Source: Aplysia californica
Taxonomy: Eukaryota
DNA length: 64,000 nt
Direction of reading: 5' to 3'
NCBI RefSeq assembly: GCF_000002075.1
Contig: NW_004797696.1
Location: 235,668-299,667 of the forward strand
Shown here: piece by piece, positions 11,901-24,326 of the stretch
How positions within the stretch are numbered: position 1 is the first letter of the stretch
How the letters are laid out: each line of letters opens with the position of its first letter
Notes under the pieces: generated by a model
The model's input: the letters and a program-made list of their open reading frames with translations, nothing else
The model's database searches: none
Told to the model about the DNA's origin: nothing
Translations under genes and position numbers: made by a program

Positions 11901-13760
11901 ATCCAATGCACTACCAGTACTCATTTTGCTAGCTTCTCTTGTTGTTTTTCATTTTGGAAGTGGGACTCTCTTTTTTAAAAAAAATGTTTTGTTTTATAGT
12001 ATTAGTCTAGTTCCTAGTTGAAACTGATCATGTGATTGTGATGTCCATCTTGAGATGTCCCGACTTGTGTCTGGACAAGGGCCAGGCTCCAGGACTGGGT
12101 CAGGATGCTTGCTGATTTTACCCACAGAGTTCACATTGAAACAATTGTTTGGAGTATTTGTTTGTTGTTTTATTTTGTTTTTGTTTTTTTCTGTGGTCTT
12201 AGTTATAACTTCATGAACAGAGTAGTTTTTATTCCATAGACATAGATTACATTATTGTTAGCATTGCCCTATTTCTTGTTGTGCCCATGGGATAAAGAGG
12301 TTGGCTATGCCAGCCTTTGATAAGTCCTAGGGGTTGAATTAGTTTGTTTTTTAAAATCATTTCTCATGGCAAGGCTGATGGCTTGCGGGTCAGGTTGATC
12401 TTTTTCCCCCTACCCAGAGTTCTATGTTTTTCCCTTTGAGATTAGGGATGTTGTAAAGTGTGTGTTTGTTGTGTCTGTGTATGATTTTTCCAGTTTATTC
12501 CTTCAGTCGTGAACACGTGTGTTTATGATGATGAGTGTGTGCGTGTGATGTGGCATAGAGAGAGTGACTATATTTCATGGTTGTTTTTTTTTTCCTTTTC
12601 TTTTTTTTTTTTTTTTCCTTTTCTTTTTTTTTTTTTTCTCCTATTGTTTCTGATTGTGTGCTGACAGGCCGTGAGTGTGCGCACGGCAGCGTGCGTGGTT
12701 GCGTCTGTCGTCCAGCACTCCCTGGAGTGGTCAGGGTGCTGCACTTCTACTATACATTTCTTATGCAACTGAACCTTGAAACGCTCATTGAGGCAAGATG
12801 AATTAATTGTAATGATACACAAACACTTGAAGTGGCAACAACGCGAACTTGAGGGGACAAAGTTCACCCACTCTCTGATGGTGCTATGAACATTGATGAT
12901 GTGACTCGCTGACACGGCCTGGATTGTTTTTNNNNNNNNNNNNNNNNNNNNNNNNNNNNNNNNNNNNNNNNNNNNNNNNNNNNNNNNNNNNNNNNNNNNN
13001 NNNNNNNNNNNNNNNNNNNNNNNNNNNNNNNNNNNNNNNNNNNNNNNNNNNNNNNNNNNNNNNTTTGGTTTGCATTTTGTTTTTGTGTATTTTCATAAAA
13101 GGTTTGTTTTTTACTTTCAATTCCAAGCACTTTTTTTTAGTGTCAAAAAAAAGGAGATAGAGACGTCTTGAATTCTTATTGAAAATGGAAGTTCGTGTAA
13201 CTCAGCCACAATAGGATATATCTGACAACATCTAAGGTTAGGAAGTACATCTAAGAAGGAGTCAATCAACAGCACTTGCTCGATCAAGACTCCGCTGCTT
13301 TTTTTTTCATTCTCTGAACATCTATCGAAGGCATTTCTTATTTCCAGCTTGCTGTAAGAGTTTTTGTCTTTTCAGATCGGACCTTCCATAGCTTTGACTT
13401 CTCTCAAAAGAGTGTACAGTATTTATATAATGAACTTGTATCGATGATGGTCTCTTGTAAAGTGCATTTTCTTTTTGTTGCCATATACTTTCTGTTTTTG
13501 CACAGGACTGGATAGAAAGCTGTAGTATTGTTCCTGCTGTATGCAGAGTTTAGAGGCTTACACTTTGTATATGTGAGGTGATTACACAATGCATAGGATT
13601 TCTTGCCTTTTTTTTTTTTTTAGTGTTAGATATCAGATTTACTTCTTTGAAGGCGAAGGGGAGACTCTTTTACTATTTTTTTTCCTGATAGTAAAATGAT
13701 AATAATTTTTGTAAGGATATTTTTTTTTCAATAAAAGAATTTATTTTAAAACATAAAATT
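2930..13760 (+). other. Probable very long 3' UTR of the estrogen receptor
   Basis: T/G-skewed unique sequence. No copies seen of the retroposons that are common elsewhere in the window. AATAAA at 13730-13735 is followed by GT/T-rich sequence, after which repeats resume. Confidence 0.55.
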
Positions 13761-14766
13761 CCAGTGTTTCATGGTCTGGGTTTCATTTTTTTCTCTCCAT
13801 ACCTCTGTCTCTGTCTCTCTCCCTCTCTCTGTCTCTCTCTCTCTCTCTCTCTGTCTGTGTTGGCAATGTTTCAAGTTCGATATTATATTGGAATTTTTAC
13901 AATCCGGATAACTGTTTTATCATGAATAATTATCTACTACAGAGATGAATGTTATTTATGTTCTGGGATGTGCTGGTCCCCGCCACGGCCAGCCACTAGC
14001 AAACAGATTCATGCCTGCCAGTCAGCATTTGGTTTTTTCCCCCCTAATTGCTTTGGTTATTGCAATGTTAACGTTTTGTTGTTTCTCCCCCATCTCCCCA
14101 TCATAAACATCTGGTTTATTTTCATTCTTGAATAAAAGAAATTTTAATGCTACTGGCCTTTGACATTGTTTGTATTCCTGACAATGTGTGATGTGTGTAT
14201 GAGTTTCTGTTTCATTGACAAGCTGTTAAAATGTAGTAAGCCAAGAAAGCAAAATTTTACAGGAAAGAAAAAATTTGTTTCATTCTTTTAATAATTGTAG
14301 GCCTACCTTTACAGTTTGTTTTTTGGGGGGTTTTTTAACCAAAATATTTCTTCAGCACTTGCAACCAATACTACCTGTTAAGGAATTGCATATTTTTTTT
14401 AATTTCAAAAGTTTGGGCTACGTACATTTTAACAGCTTGTCAATGATTTGCTATTGTCGTGTGTCTCAGTAACTGTTTGATAAAAGGTTTGCTTAGTTTG
14501 TCTGTACATTCTTCTACCTTTTCATTGACAACTGCTGTTGAAAGATTTAGTGTAGTCTTCTCTTCTTAATCTCTTGTGTCAAACTTGTACCAGATGTACA
14601 AATGGTGTTAATCGGGCTGGGCTGGCTGACTCATAAATGACAATGCAACAACTATTGTTCTTTTTTTGTAGTGAAAGTCAGGTTCGGTGAAGGTCCTGAT
14701 TTAGAACTGCAAGGAGCTGGTTGAGCGTGACGAAGTAATGTAGACCCAATTTTTAAAAAGCTGTAC

Positions 14767-14975
14767 GCATCTGTGGTGTAGTGGTTAGGTGCTTTGCTGT
14801 CACATGCCAGAAACCTTCAAGTTCGATTCCTTGTGAAGAAAATTTTTAATGAGTGTTTTGGTCTGTCTACTGAGACCTTATATGCACCTCTCCGCCTGGA
14901 TCGTCGGTGACGGGCAGGACTGAAGCCTGCCTCCTAAATTATTAGAATTGTGTTGATGGGGTCACAAAAAACGCC
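14767..14975 (+). mobile_element. tRNA-derived SINE (degenerate)
   Basis: A box TGGTGTAGTGG and B box GTTCGATTCC (14821-14830); tail GTGTTGATGGGG shared with the copies at 25226, ~17150 and ~35370. Confidence 0.65.
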
Positions 14976-15076
14976 TACATTTTAAAAAGATAATTTTAAA
15001 AGACAACTGTCTACATAGGAATCATACACTTTATAATAGGAAACGGTGGAATACTGAGGACACAACTCGGATAATA

Positions 15077-16910
15077 CACTGTCAAACTGATATCTTGCAG
15101 TGATTCCCACTCTTAAATTTCAATTCACAGTGGTGTTTTTCCCCCCAATGGTGTTCCTCAGCAATTTTGCTGACTGAACAAGGGGAGGTAATTTAGCAAC
15201 CCTCCCTCATGACTTCTGGAAACATATTTTGGGGTTCTTTTCAACAGGTTCGGTTCAGATGCTTTGAGTACTCGTGAGACCAAAGAAAAAACTTACAGAT
15301 TTTCTTTTTACATGTAATACTGGATTAGACTTGGAAATCTCCCCTAAAAGGAAAAAGAACCCGTGGAACTGGAACAATAAATTAATAATGGAAATCTTGT
15401 AATAGAAAGTAAAATAAAAGTCAAACCTGCTCTAGCGGCCACCTGTCCAAGATAAACATCTCTATAAATGACAGCGCTTTCCATCTCTCCTCTTCCATTT
15501 TTTAGATATAATGAAACTGTCCATGGCATCCACCTGTCTAAGAAAACCACTATTTTCATTAACAATGGATGGCTTTCTGGGGCAACCTCGACTGTATAAT
15601 ATTATTGTTTATGTGAGAGTTTTTAAGACGGAAAATCAAATTTAGAGCATTATGGAAGGGGGGGGGAGGGGGGGTGACAGAAAGAAACAAAGGTTCCAAT
15701 ATGGAAAAGTAGTATTTCAATTTACGCTCAATAAAATTGTTAAAAACTTCCCCTACTAAAGTCATCTCTTAACTCAAGAAAGTAAGTGTTTTGTTACCAT
15801 TTCAATAAATGACAAAGGGCTGATGTTTAAATTTTCCCATTCCAACTTGACAGCGATACAACTGTCTCTTAACACCTTGAGACCACACCATCAGATTCTT
15901 GATTTGCATCGAAAGGCTCAGTATTTTTAGGTGCTTTCAAGAGTTCTGTGAGTGGGTGCTCTGGTGTGGTTTGTTCCTTCCTTCCAATTGAGCGTCTGTC
16001 ATCCTTATCCCTCCTCGTTTTTATTGTCTCTTACAAAAACTTTTAAAAGTTCTGTATAGGTCCCAAAGACAGATTGAAGTAAATAGGTTTTCTATTCATG
16101 TTCCTTATCATTCAGGTAAACTGTTAAAATGAACTCAAATTATATTGTCAATCTTTGGCCAACACCCGGTTTTTCTGTTGTGATATAAAACTAAAAGGTA
16201 CTGATACCGCCTCTTTTCTTTTTTCCTCGACCTGAACATTCAGATAAAAATTGGGTGTGTGCTCTGGTGTGATTTACTCTTTCCTTCCTATCAAACATCT
16301 ATTGTCTCATCCATCTTTTCTTTTTGTTTGTTACTTTCATGTACACCTCTAATCTTCGGCACTTCTTTTGACCTTATTAATGTGTTGCTACTTGCAAGTG
16401 CCGAAAAACTTTTCTTAAATCTAAAAATTCATGACTTCCAGTACACAGGCTAAAAAAACTTGTATATTTCAACATCTACATGGTTTAATAGACGGGATTG
16501 TTTCACAAAAGGCAACACTGTTAGGGCACTGTCACAGAATTCTACACTTAGAATTCTGTGGGCACTGTCAAACTGATACATTTCTGTAATTCCCATCCTC
16601 CCCAACGATGACCCTCAGCCCAGCCCTCAGGGCTTGCTGACTGAACAAGGGGAGGTAATATAGCAACCCTTCCTCATGACTTCTGGAAACATTATTTTGG
16701 GATTCTTTTCAACCGGTTCGGTTCACATGCTTTGCTTGAGTACTCGTGAGACCAAAGAAAAAACTTATTATAGATTTTTATTTTCCAAGTAGTACTAGAC
16801 TGGACCAGGAAACCTCCCCTAGAAGGGAAAGAAAACCAGTGTGTGGAACAAATAATAAAAATCTTGTAATAAAAAAGAAAATACAGTCAAACCTGCTCTT
16901 ACGGCCACCT
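15077..16910 (+). repeat. Local ~360-bp direct duplication (15077-15445 and 16563-16910)
   Basis: Shared CACTGTCAAACTGAT...GCTGACTGAACAAGGGGAGGTAAT...TCAAACCTGCTCT. Confidence 0.8.
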
Positions 16911-19900
16911 CCTTTTTATTTCCCTACAGCCACAGTGAAAAGGGATCTTAAATACAGTGGGTCGTATTTTAAAAATGGTTGGCGTTGTTTCATTGAGATG
17001 TTTCCATCTCACATGACTGTGGCTGCCAAAGGCCTACATCACAAGCACATTTAATACTTTTTTCAGGGTCTGAGTCCAAAAGCCCATTTTCTTACCTGAA
17101 AGTCTGTATTCTCTGTTTTCTTATATTGGTATTGCATGCAGGAGACCGAGTTCAGTTGCCAAGTGTGGAGAAACTTTTATCGAGTATCTCAGACTTTCTG
17201 GTCGGATGTTGTATCGCTGTCTGAGCACATGTTTTCCCCGACAAGCAGGGTCGGAAGCCCGTCTTTATGATACAAATTGTGTTGATAGGGGCCTAAAAAG
17301 AACTACAATAAATTTAAAATATTAAAGTTAGAGTCTGGTTCTTTGTTTAGAAAAGTTGGCAGCAGTGTGATAAAGAATATTATTGTACTATTATGGTTAT
17401 GTGCGCAGTTGTGTGTGGAAGAGAGGATGTGTGAGGGAAGAGTGTGTGTGTATATGGGTGTGCACGCGTATGCGTGTGAGTGCATGTGTGTGTGTATGTG
17501 TGTGTGTGTGGTGAAATACCAAACCAATGTGCTAGGATCTGAACAATAAAGATGTATCTTATCTAAGAACTCGACTGTAACAAAACAAAACAGTGGTAAA
17601 AACAAAGATAGAAGAAAATCAGCAACCCTACAAAAAAAAGTTGAAAAGTCGGTCAGAGCAGTCACAAAGGAAGCTCATCTTGGCGGTCACAAAGTAATCT
17701 CACAGCGGGCCTGTTTAGTTTTTTTAAAGTTTTAGAACGAGTTCTACAGCACTTACAACACAATTAAGTCATATAGGAGCTGAACACTCGAGGTGTTACT
17801 AGAGAGTAACATACAAAGAAAGACGGAGGATAGGTAAAGATGATAGAGATGAAGGATAGGAAAGGAGCAAGCCACGCCAGAGAACCCACCAACCACCCAC
17901 AATAAACCCTACTAAAAGAAAAAGTACTAAAAAAACTTTTTTTTTAAGAAAAGAAAAACTTAACTTACATAAGAATTGAAGAATAGTAAATATTTATTCA
18001 TTGTCTGTCATGAAAAATGCATCCAGCAGCTATGAGTCATTCTATCATATAATTGATAGTTACAGAAAACTCATAAAAAGTACAAAAACAGATATATGTA
18101 ATGAATGCAATAATTTTCATCTTTCAGTTTTCTGTTAGTGCATAGGAGAAAGCTGTTACAGGAAATGGAAATTCCTGAAGCATAGACATGATGAAGCCGT
18201 CCATAAAAAGCTTGAAACTGTATATCGAGGTATTGATTTGCAAAATAACGCATACAACAACAACAATTTTTCGGATCATCTCATTTTCAAGGATTTCAAA
18301 AGTTGAGACGTCCTACAAAAAACTAACTCAAACTGAAAATCCCTATTCATGAAAAGAACAAGCTGGCTTCACAGAACAAGATTGTTTGCTAAAAATAAAA
18401 GCCATTTCCTGCTTTTCTCAAAATGAGAACGCTCAAAGAAAAAAAAAAAGAACTTTTCCAGTAATCTTGCATAATTATAAATAATTCTTCCTTTTGGCCA
18501 ATCAAGCTGTTCATTTCCTCCTAGATCTTGTTCCAATATCCACCACAGAGGGGGGAAAACGTGTTCAAAGGAGGAGAGAGTTTTTATAAACCTCAAAGTG
18601 ATGATCAGAGAACAAATCAGACAGTCAGTGGCAAATTAGAAATTATCATTACTACATTATTATATCTCTAGAAAAGAATCAAGTATTAAAATGGCACAAA
18701 TTCAAAAATCCACAACAAAACTGTTTTTGGCTTGTTCCAGAAACTTATCCAAACTGCATGGCAACAATCTCAGAATTCTATAATTAACACCACAAAAAAC
18801 TAGGCAATTTACAGCTTTATTTAAAAACATGAGATGAATTTCAGCCTTCAGCCTTTTTGGTCATCATAAATCAAATTACTATGAAATAACAAAACTGTTT
18901 CAATTAACAGAACTACAGAAATAGTGTGTGAGTTGGGGGGATTGCTTCTACTTACAGCCAAGATTAAAACAAGCTTCCTGAATCCTTAAAACTGAAACTC
19001 ATGAAGTCATCAAGTAACTTAGAATAGAAGCCTTAGAATTATTGCTTTGCTGTCACATCCACTCCCTGTATGTCTATATATAATAGTCATATTCATACCT
19101 TCCCTATATAATAGTCATATCCATTCCTTTTATGTCAATATGCAATGTAATACCAGTTGACATGAATGAAGCTAGAGATTCCCGTACATGGCAATGATGA
19201 ATAGCTGAACACAAAAAAGGTACAAACACAAGAACCAACTGGTCCAATAGATATCTTGGACAGACCGAGTGATTTCACCATTTGATGTGTCTAAAATTGA
19301 TTATTCTTCAAATGTCAAGCACATTTTAAGACTAGCAAAAGCACACAGGATAACTTCCTCGGGGAAAACAAAACACAATGACGAAACTACTCCTCAGTAC
19401 AGAAGCTGTTCTAGAGAGCCAGTCTCCAAAAATCGGAGGAAAGAAACTGGAGTTACGAAAAACACTCAGAAAACTGTGGCTTACCATAGATCAACATCTT
19501 GTACTGAGCTTTTATAAATCAGCGACTGACAACGAAAATCACAACTAAACAAATAATGCAAATTTACAAAACAAAGCACAAAGCTTAAAAAAGCGAGATC
19601 TTCTGCAAAATAAATGGTGCTTAGAAGAAGGATACCATTCAGCAAAACCGTCATAAGAAGAAAAGTAGGTACAAAAGATTCAAGCCTCAGTCCCCCAACA
19701 TCGTCTGTGGCTCTCTCACAGTTCTATGAAAATAAACATCCAACGCACAATGACTGAGAGTATCGAGACAATAAATGACAAGACACAAGTTTTTAGAATG
19801 ACTGTATAATTCTTTAAAAAACCTCAGCAATGAGACAGACAGAGCTGCCTAACAAAAGACAAAGAACCAATCCAACCCAACCAAACACCTCGCTCAGCAT

Positions 19901-20889
19901 GAAGGCGTTAAATATGCAGTTCATATTTTCTTTACTGATTTTTAAAAATTTAAGAATCACTTATAAAACTTTAAAATTATCACTTTGCTTCAAAACCCTC
20001 TCTGATTCTGTTGGTCCAAATAAACAGAAGAATTCCTGATCCCTTAAGAAGCAAAAAAGTGACTGCTTCCCAACCTTCAGCAAGATGAACATTTATCACT
20101 ACAGTCAGCTGCCGGCCATTCTTTCAAGCATACAAAAAAAAACTACAGACCAAATGGGTGTCAAAGTACCCCAGGATGACTAGCACAAAGTTAATAAACA
20201 TACAAGGAGGGAGCTTTGCTACACACAATGAGTACTGGTAAGTCCAGGCCTTCGATCCACCAAACAAAATAAAGTCACAAAATTTAAACAATGATCTCTT
20301 CAGCACACGCCATAAAGCAACACAAAGATCTTAAGACGCATTCACAACTTCGGTATATTTATATATATATGAATTCACTTGATGTAAATAATTTTTTTCA
20401 ACTCACAAGTCAACTGTACTGATCAAACATCACAGTCTACTCATTAACAAACATATATCTTTTAAAAGTAAGTTGTGATGGTGTGAGACTCTTTATGTTG
20501 ATAATGGTCCTGCTTTACATGATTATTAAGTTTGAAAAAAATTACTGTATGACTTTTTTTCCTTTACCCTGAAAAATATCTCGTTCATCAGGAGATATTG
20601 CATGTTGCAACCCTGCTACCAAAGAAGGCCACAACATTTATACTAATGGCTCTCCGCTCCATCAAGTAAAGACAATAACATGAGTTCACACTCCAAAGCA
20701 TTTCTTAATTCATTGAAGTACAGTAAAACCGAAAGGAAATGCTCATTATTAAACACAATACCTCAACTTAGACTGACCAAGCTTCATTTACTACAGAAAT
20801 TTTCTGACACTTCAAAGTGCTAAACTTGAACTGATTCTCTAGCCTAAGAGTGTTGATGTCTAGCTTTAGATCTTGGTTCTTTTTGTTTG

Positions 20890-21302
20890 GATGATAGAGG
20901 CAATGTGTCTTTGCCAGATGATAGAGGCAATGTGTCTTTGCCGGATGATAGAGGCAATGTGTCTTTGCCCGACTTGACCAGTCGATGATTCTTTTCTTTG
21001 CTGTGTAGTCCACCTACAACATAAGCAGTAGTTGCTTAAAATAAGGCCAATTCATTTTTTTGTTAACCAGGCGATATGTTCCTGATATTTTAAAAAAGGA
21101 GAATACGGTAGACACCATGCAGCACAATATGCCATGACAAATGAGTTACAAAGCTGGCCTTTTTATTACCTTCATCAATGCATGGCTGTTTGACCACAGC
21201 AAAGAAAAGAATCATCGACTGGGGGACCACAGCAAAGAAAAGAATCATCGACTGGGGGACCACAGCAAAGAAAAGAATCATCGACTGGTCAAGTCGGGCA
21301 AA
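20890..21302. repeat. 27-bp x3 tandem, 42-bp perfect inverted repeat and 33-bp x3 tandem
   Basis: 20964-21005 is the exact reverse complement of 21261-21302. Confidence 0.9.
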
Positions 21303-22941
21303 ATGTCCGTTCAGGCATGACCTAAAAATAATACGCCTAGTACTTATCAACCATACTTAAAGTACATTTCTACTCTGTGAATGCTCAAAATATTACCAAT
21401 GCATCTTAAAAATTATCTCAAAGGATAAAATCTTTTTACTTTCCCACATCAGGAGAAATTAACTTATAAAACCTAGCTCTCAGCTACACCGAATACATCT
21501 CTAAAATAAGACAACCACAGGGATCATGATTAAGATCTCAAAGTACACTGCCCTAGATGTACAGTTTGGACAAAAATAAATGAAGCAGCATTGTCACCAA
21601 AAGAAAACCTGCCTTTGACATTCAATAGGGAAAATTAAAAAAAAACACTGTTTAATATAGAGTCTGGACAAAATTTCAACATCTGAAGCAAACAACTGTA
21701 GAAAAGGGAGAATTCTTTGTGAGTCGTGCAGACAAAAGTAGTTACTTTTGGCCTTATGGATTATAGATATGTAGGTTGAATGTGTGCAATTTATTAGTAT
21801 GAAATTATAAAAGACACGTAAAGCCTGAAGAAAATGGCATCAGTAAAATCTGTAAATTTGATCACTCCTTCCATCTTCAGCCGATATCTCCATTCATGGA
21901 TTGCAAGAAGTAACTCATTTTGTCAGCACCCCTTACATTATCAAACTGACAAAATAGGCTGAAATATTTTCAGTTCAGAAAATTAAACAAAAACTGTTAC
22001 AAGCTTTTAAAAAAAATAAATTCTTTTAAACGTAAGAAGATATTTCTAAGTTCAAATCTGTGAGTAAACTTTTTCAGAAAAATATTGGATGATATGAAAC
22101 AGGGGAAAACAGAATACAGAAAATATAAAGCATTAGAGATTACACATTGCACATTTTATAGCACCAAGTTATCGAGAAAGATAACAGCAATCGAATGTGG
22201 AGTAAACTGTTGAGATTTGTTCCATAAACATTAAAGCTCTTGCATTCATAACACCATAACATGTGGGGGGACTAGTTGATCAAATTGAAAGCCTGTTTTC
22301 ATCAACACAAAGGGCTTAGATGATGGTCCCTCAAACCACAGAAGGTAGAGGTAGGAGCCAGCCAATGATTTGATACATTCTAGTGGCCACAAACAGGGAC
22401 CAGGTAAATCTTACACTAACAGCGGGGGGAGGGGGGATTTATTGACTTTTGACTGACTTGTACACCACTAATACTTTTACACTAAATTTTCCTCTTTATT
22501 AATCTATCCAAGTACACTTGTTTTTGTTTTTTTTTCGAAATTGTTTTATGCCCTTGTTAGATACCAAAAGAAAATCCTTATAAACCAAGCTTGTTTGACC
22601 ATGCCACTCATGAATCTCAATGATTCAAGGGGGATAATCACAAAGCTATGCCACATGTCAGTTTGTTTTGTCAAGAAAACTTAACTTTTCTCCCATAACA
22701 TTGGATCTATTTGTCTTATTTTAATCTTATCAAGTGTATATAAAGATAAGATGTCTTTTTTTTTCAGTCACATTCTATAATTACGCTTCAAGAACTGGAA
22801 ATTTTGACTTACACAATTTAAAAAATGAACTCACCCCTAAAGATTCATAGCTGTATGTAGTACGAACCAAAAACAATCATCTTCCCTACAGATGATATAA
22901 TGACCCAGTATTCAATATCTGAGTTATTCTTATAAAAGATC

Positions 22942-23364
22942 ATATGTGAGGCAGCGTGGCGAAATCAGGCGCTCGTCAAAACAGTGAAATCAGAGAAACT
23001 TGCACTTTTCTGGGTGTTGGATAATTTTTTTTCGAAATTTTTTTTTTACCTCAACACTTTTTATGTCCTTTTCAAAACACATTTCTGTGTGGACGTTACA
23101 GAAAAACGTTCATTAAAGGCACCAAAAAAGTGAATTTCCAGTTTCCAAGGACACTCATGCTTTGGAAGTCACCATTTTCTTGCTAATTTTACCTCTCATA
23201 TTAGCAGACCACTACCTCCTTCTATTGCAAATATTTCAACTTCTAATCAAGATAGATTGGTATTTTTCGCTAAATTAAAGACTAATTAACAAGTTTTAAG
23301 ATGATATTAATAACTCTCCTAAAAAATTGACAAGCGCCTGATTTCACGGCCTAGTAACACATAT
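22942..23364. mobile_element. MITE with imperfect TIRs; diverged second copy at ~31905-32355
   Basis: ATATGTG...GAAATCAGGCGCTCGTCAA versus TTGACAAGCGCCTGATTTC...CACATAT; internal sequence (ccaaggacactca, ctaattttacct, attgcaaatatttcaact) shared between the copies. Confidence 0.7.
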
Positions 23365-23827
23365 CTCTCTATATATGAAAAAAAAAGAACTAGATCTAGA
23401 AACTTTCACTCATAAGAAAAAAAATTACAGGATTTAAAAAAAAATATATCATTCTTTAAACTTTTTCAAATGCCAAACTGACATAGGTCTAGCTGGTATG
23501 TCAGGAATGGCAACATTTTCCCAAAAATATCAGGGAGTACAAAATGGGTCGTACCAAAAGGGTTAAAGCAACCCTGACAAAAGCAACAGAGATAATAACG
23601 TGATATAAAAAGCATCCAGGATTCCAAATCTTTATTATAAAAAATACAATCTACATTACGTAGATAAGGACTCGAGATTCTTTTCCACACCAAAATAAAG
23701 TCAAGAAATGTCTACAACTTCATTCTTTTGGCAAAACCGTGGCTAATTACAAAATCAATACAGACAATAATGAACTTTTAAGGCACAGCAAACAACAAAC
23801 GAGGAGTCTGGCCAGAGAAGACAGCAG

Positions 23828-24134
23828 CTCCCTCTCAAAGTGGGATCTCCCTCCTCTCAAACTGGGATCTCCCTCCTCTCAAACTGGGATCTCCCTCCTC
23901 TCAAACTGCGATCTCCCTCCTCTCAAAGTGGGATCTTCCTCTCAAAAGTGGAATCTTCCTCTCAAACTGGGATCTCCATCCTCTCAAGGTGGGATCTCCC
24001 TCCTCTCAAAGTGGGATCTCCCTCCTCTCAAAGTGGGATCTGCCTCCTCTCAAAGTGGGATCTCCCTCCTCTCAAAGTGGGATATTCCTCTCAAACTGGG
24101 ATCTCCCTCCTCTCAAAGTGGGATCTCCCTCTCA
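23828..24134. repeat. 22-bp minisatellite (GGGATCTCCCTCCTCTCAAA[G/C]T), about 14 units
   Basis: Direct tandem units, some shortened; overlaps the GALNT-like stop codon. Confidence 0.95.
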
Positions 24135-24326
24135 GAGCAGCACAACACCAGGCTCCAGGTAATCGTTCTCAGCATTTCTGGCGGGCTCCTCCCGCGAAAT
24201 CTCCCAAGCCTGGCTGGCCTGTTGTTTGATGCACTCGGTGATGAGGAGTCCCTTGTTACCATGGATACCGTCCAAACACAGGTTCGTGTCCTGGTGAACG
24301 ATCTTCTCATTATGTCTGTACCAGAT
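24132..24326 (-). CDS. GALNT-like exon 15, ricin-B gamma repeat and stop
   Basis: IWYRHNEKIVHQDTNLCLDGIHGNKGLLITECIKQQASQAWEISREEPARNAENDYLEPGVVLL*. Confidence 0.9.
   Translation of the reverse strand: MWYRHNEKIVHQDTNLCLDGIHGNKGLLITECIKQQASQAWEISREEPARNAENDYLEPGVVLL

Noticed and set aside
12864-13160. ORFs spanning N runs (also near 57346, 59935 and 61913)
   Set aside because: Artefacts of assembly gaps
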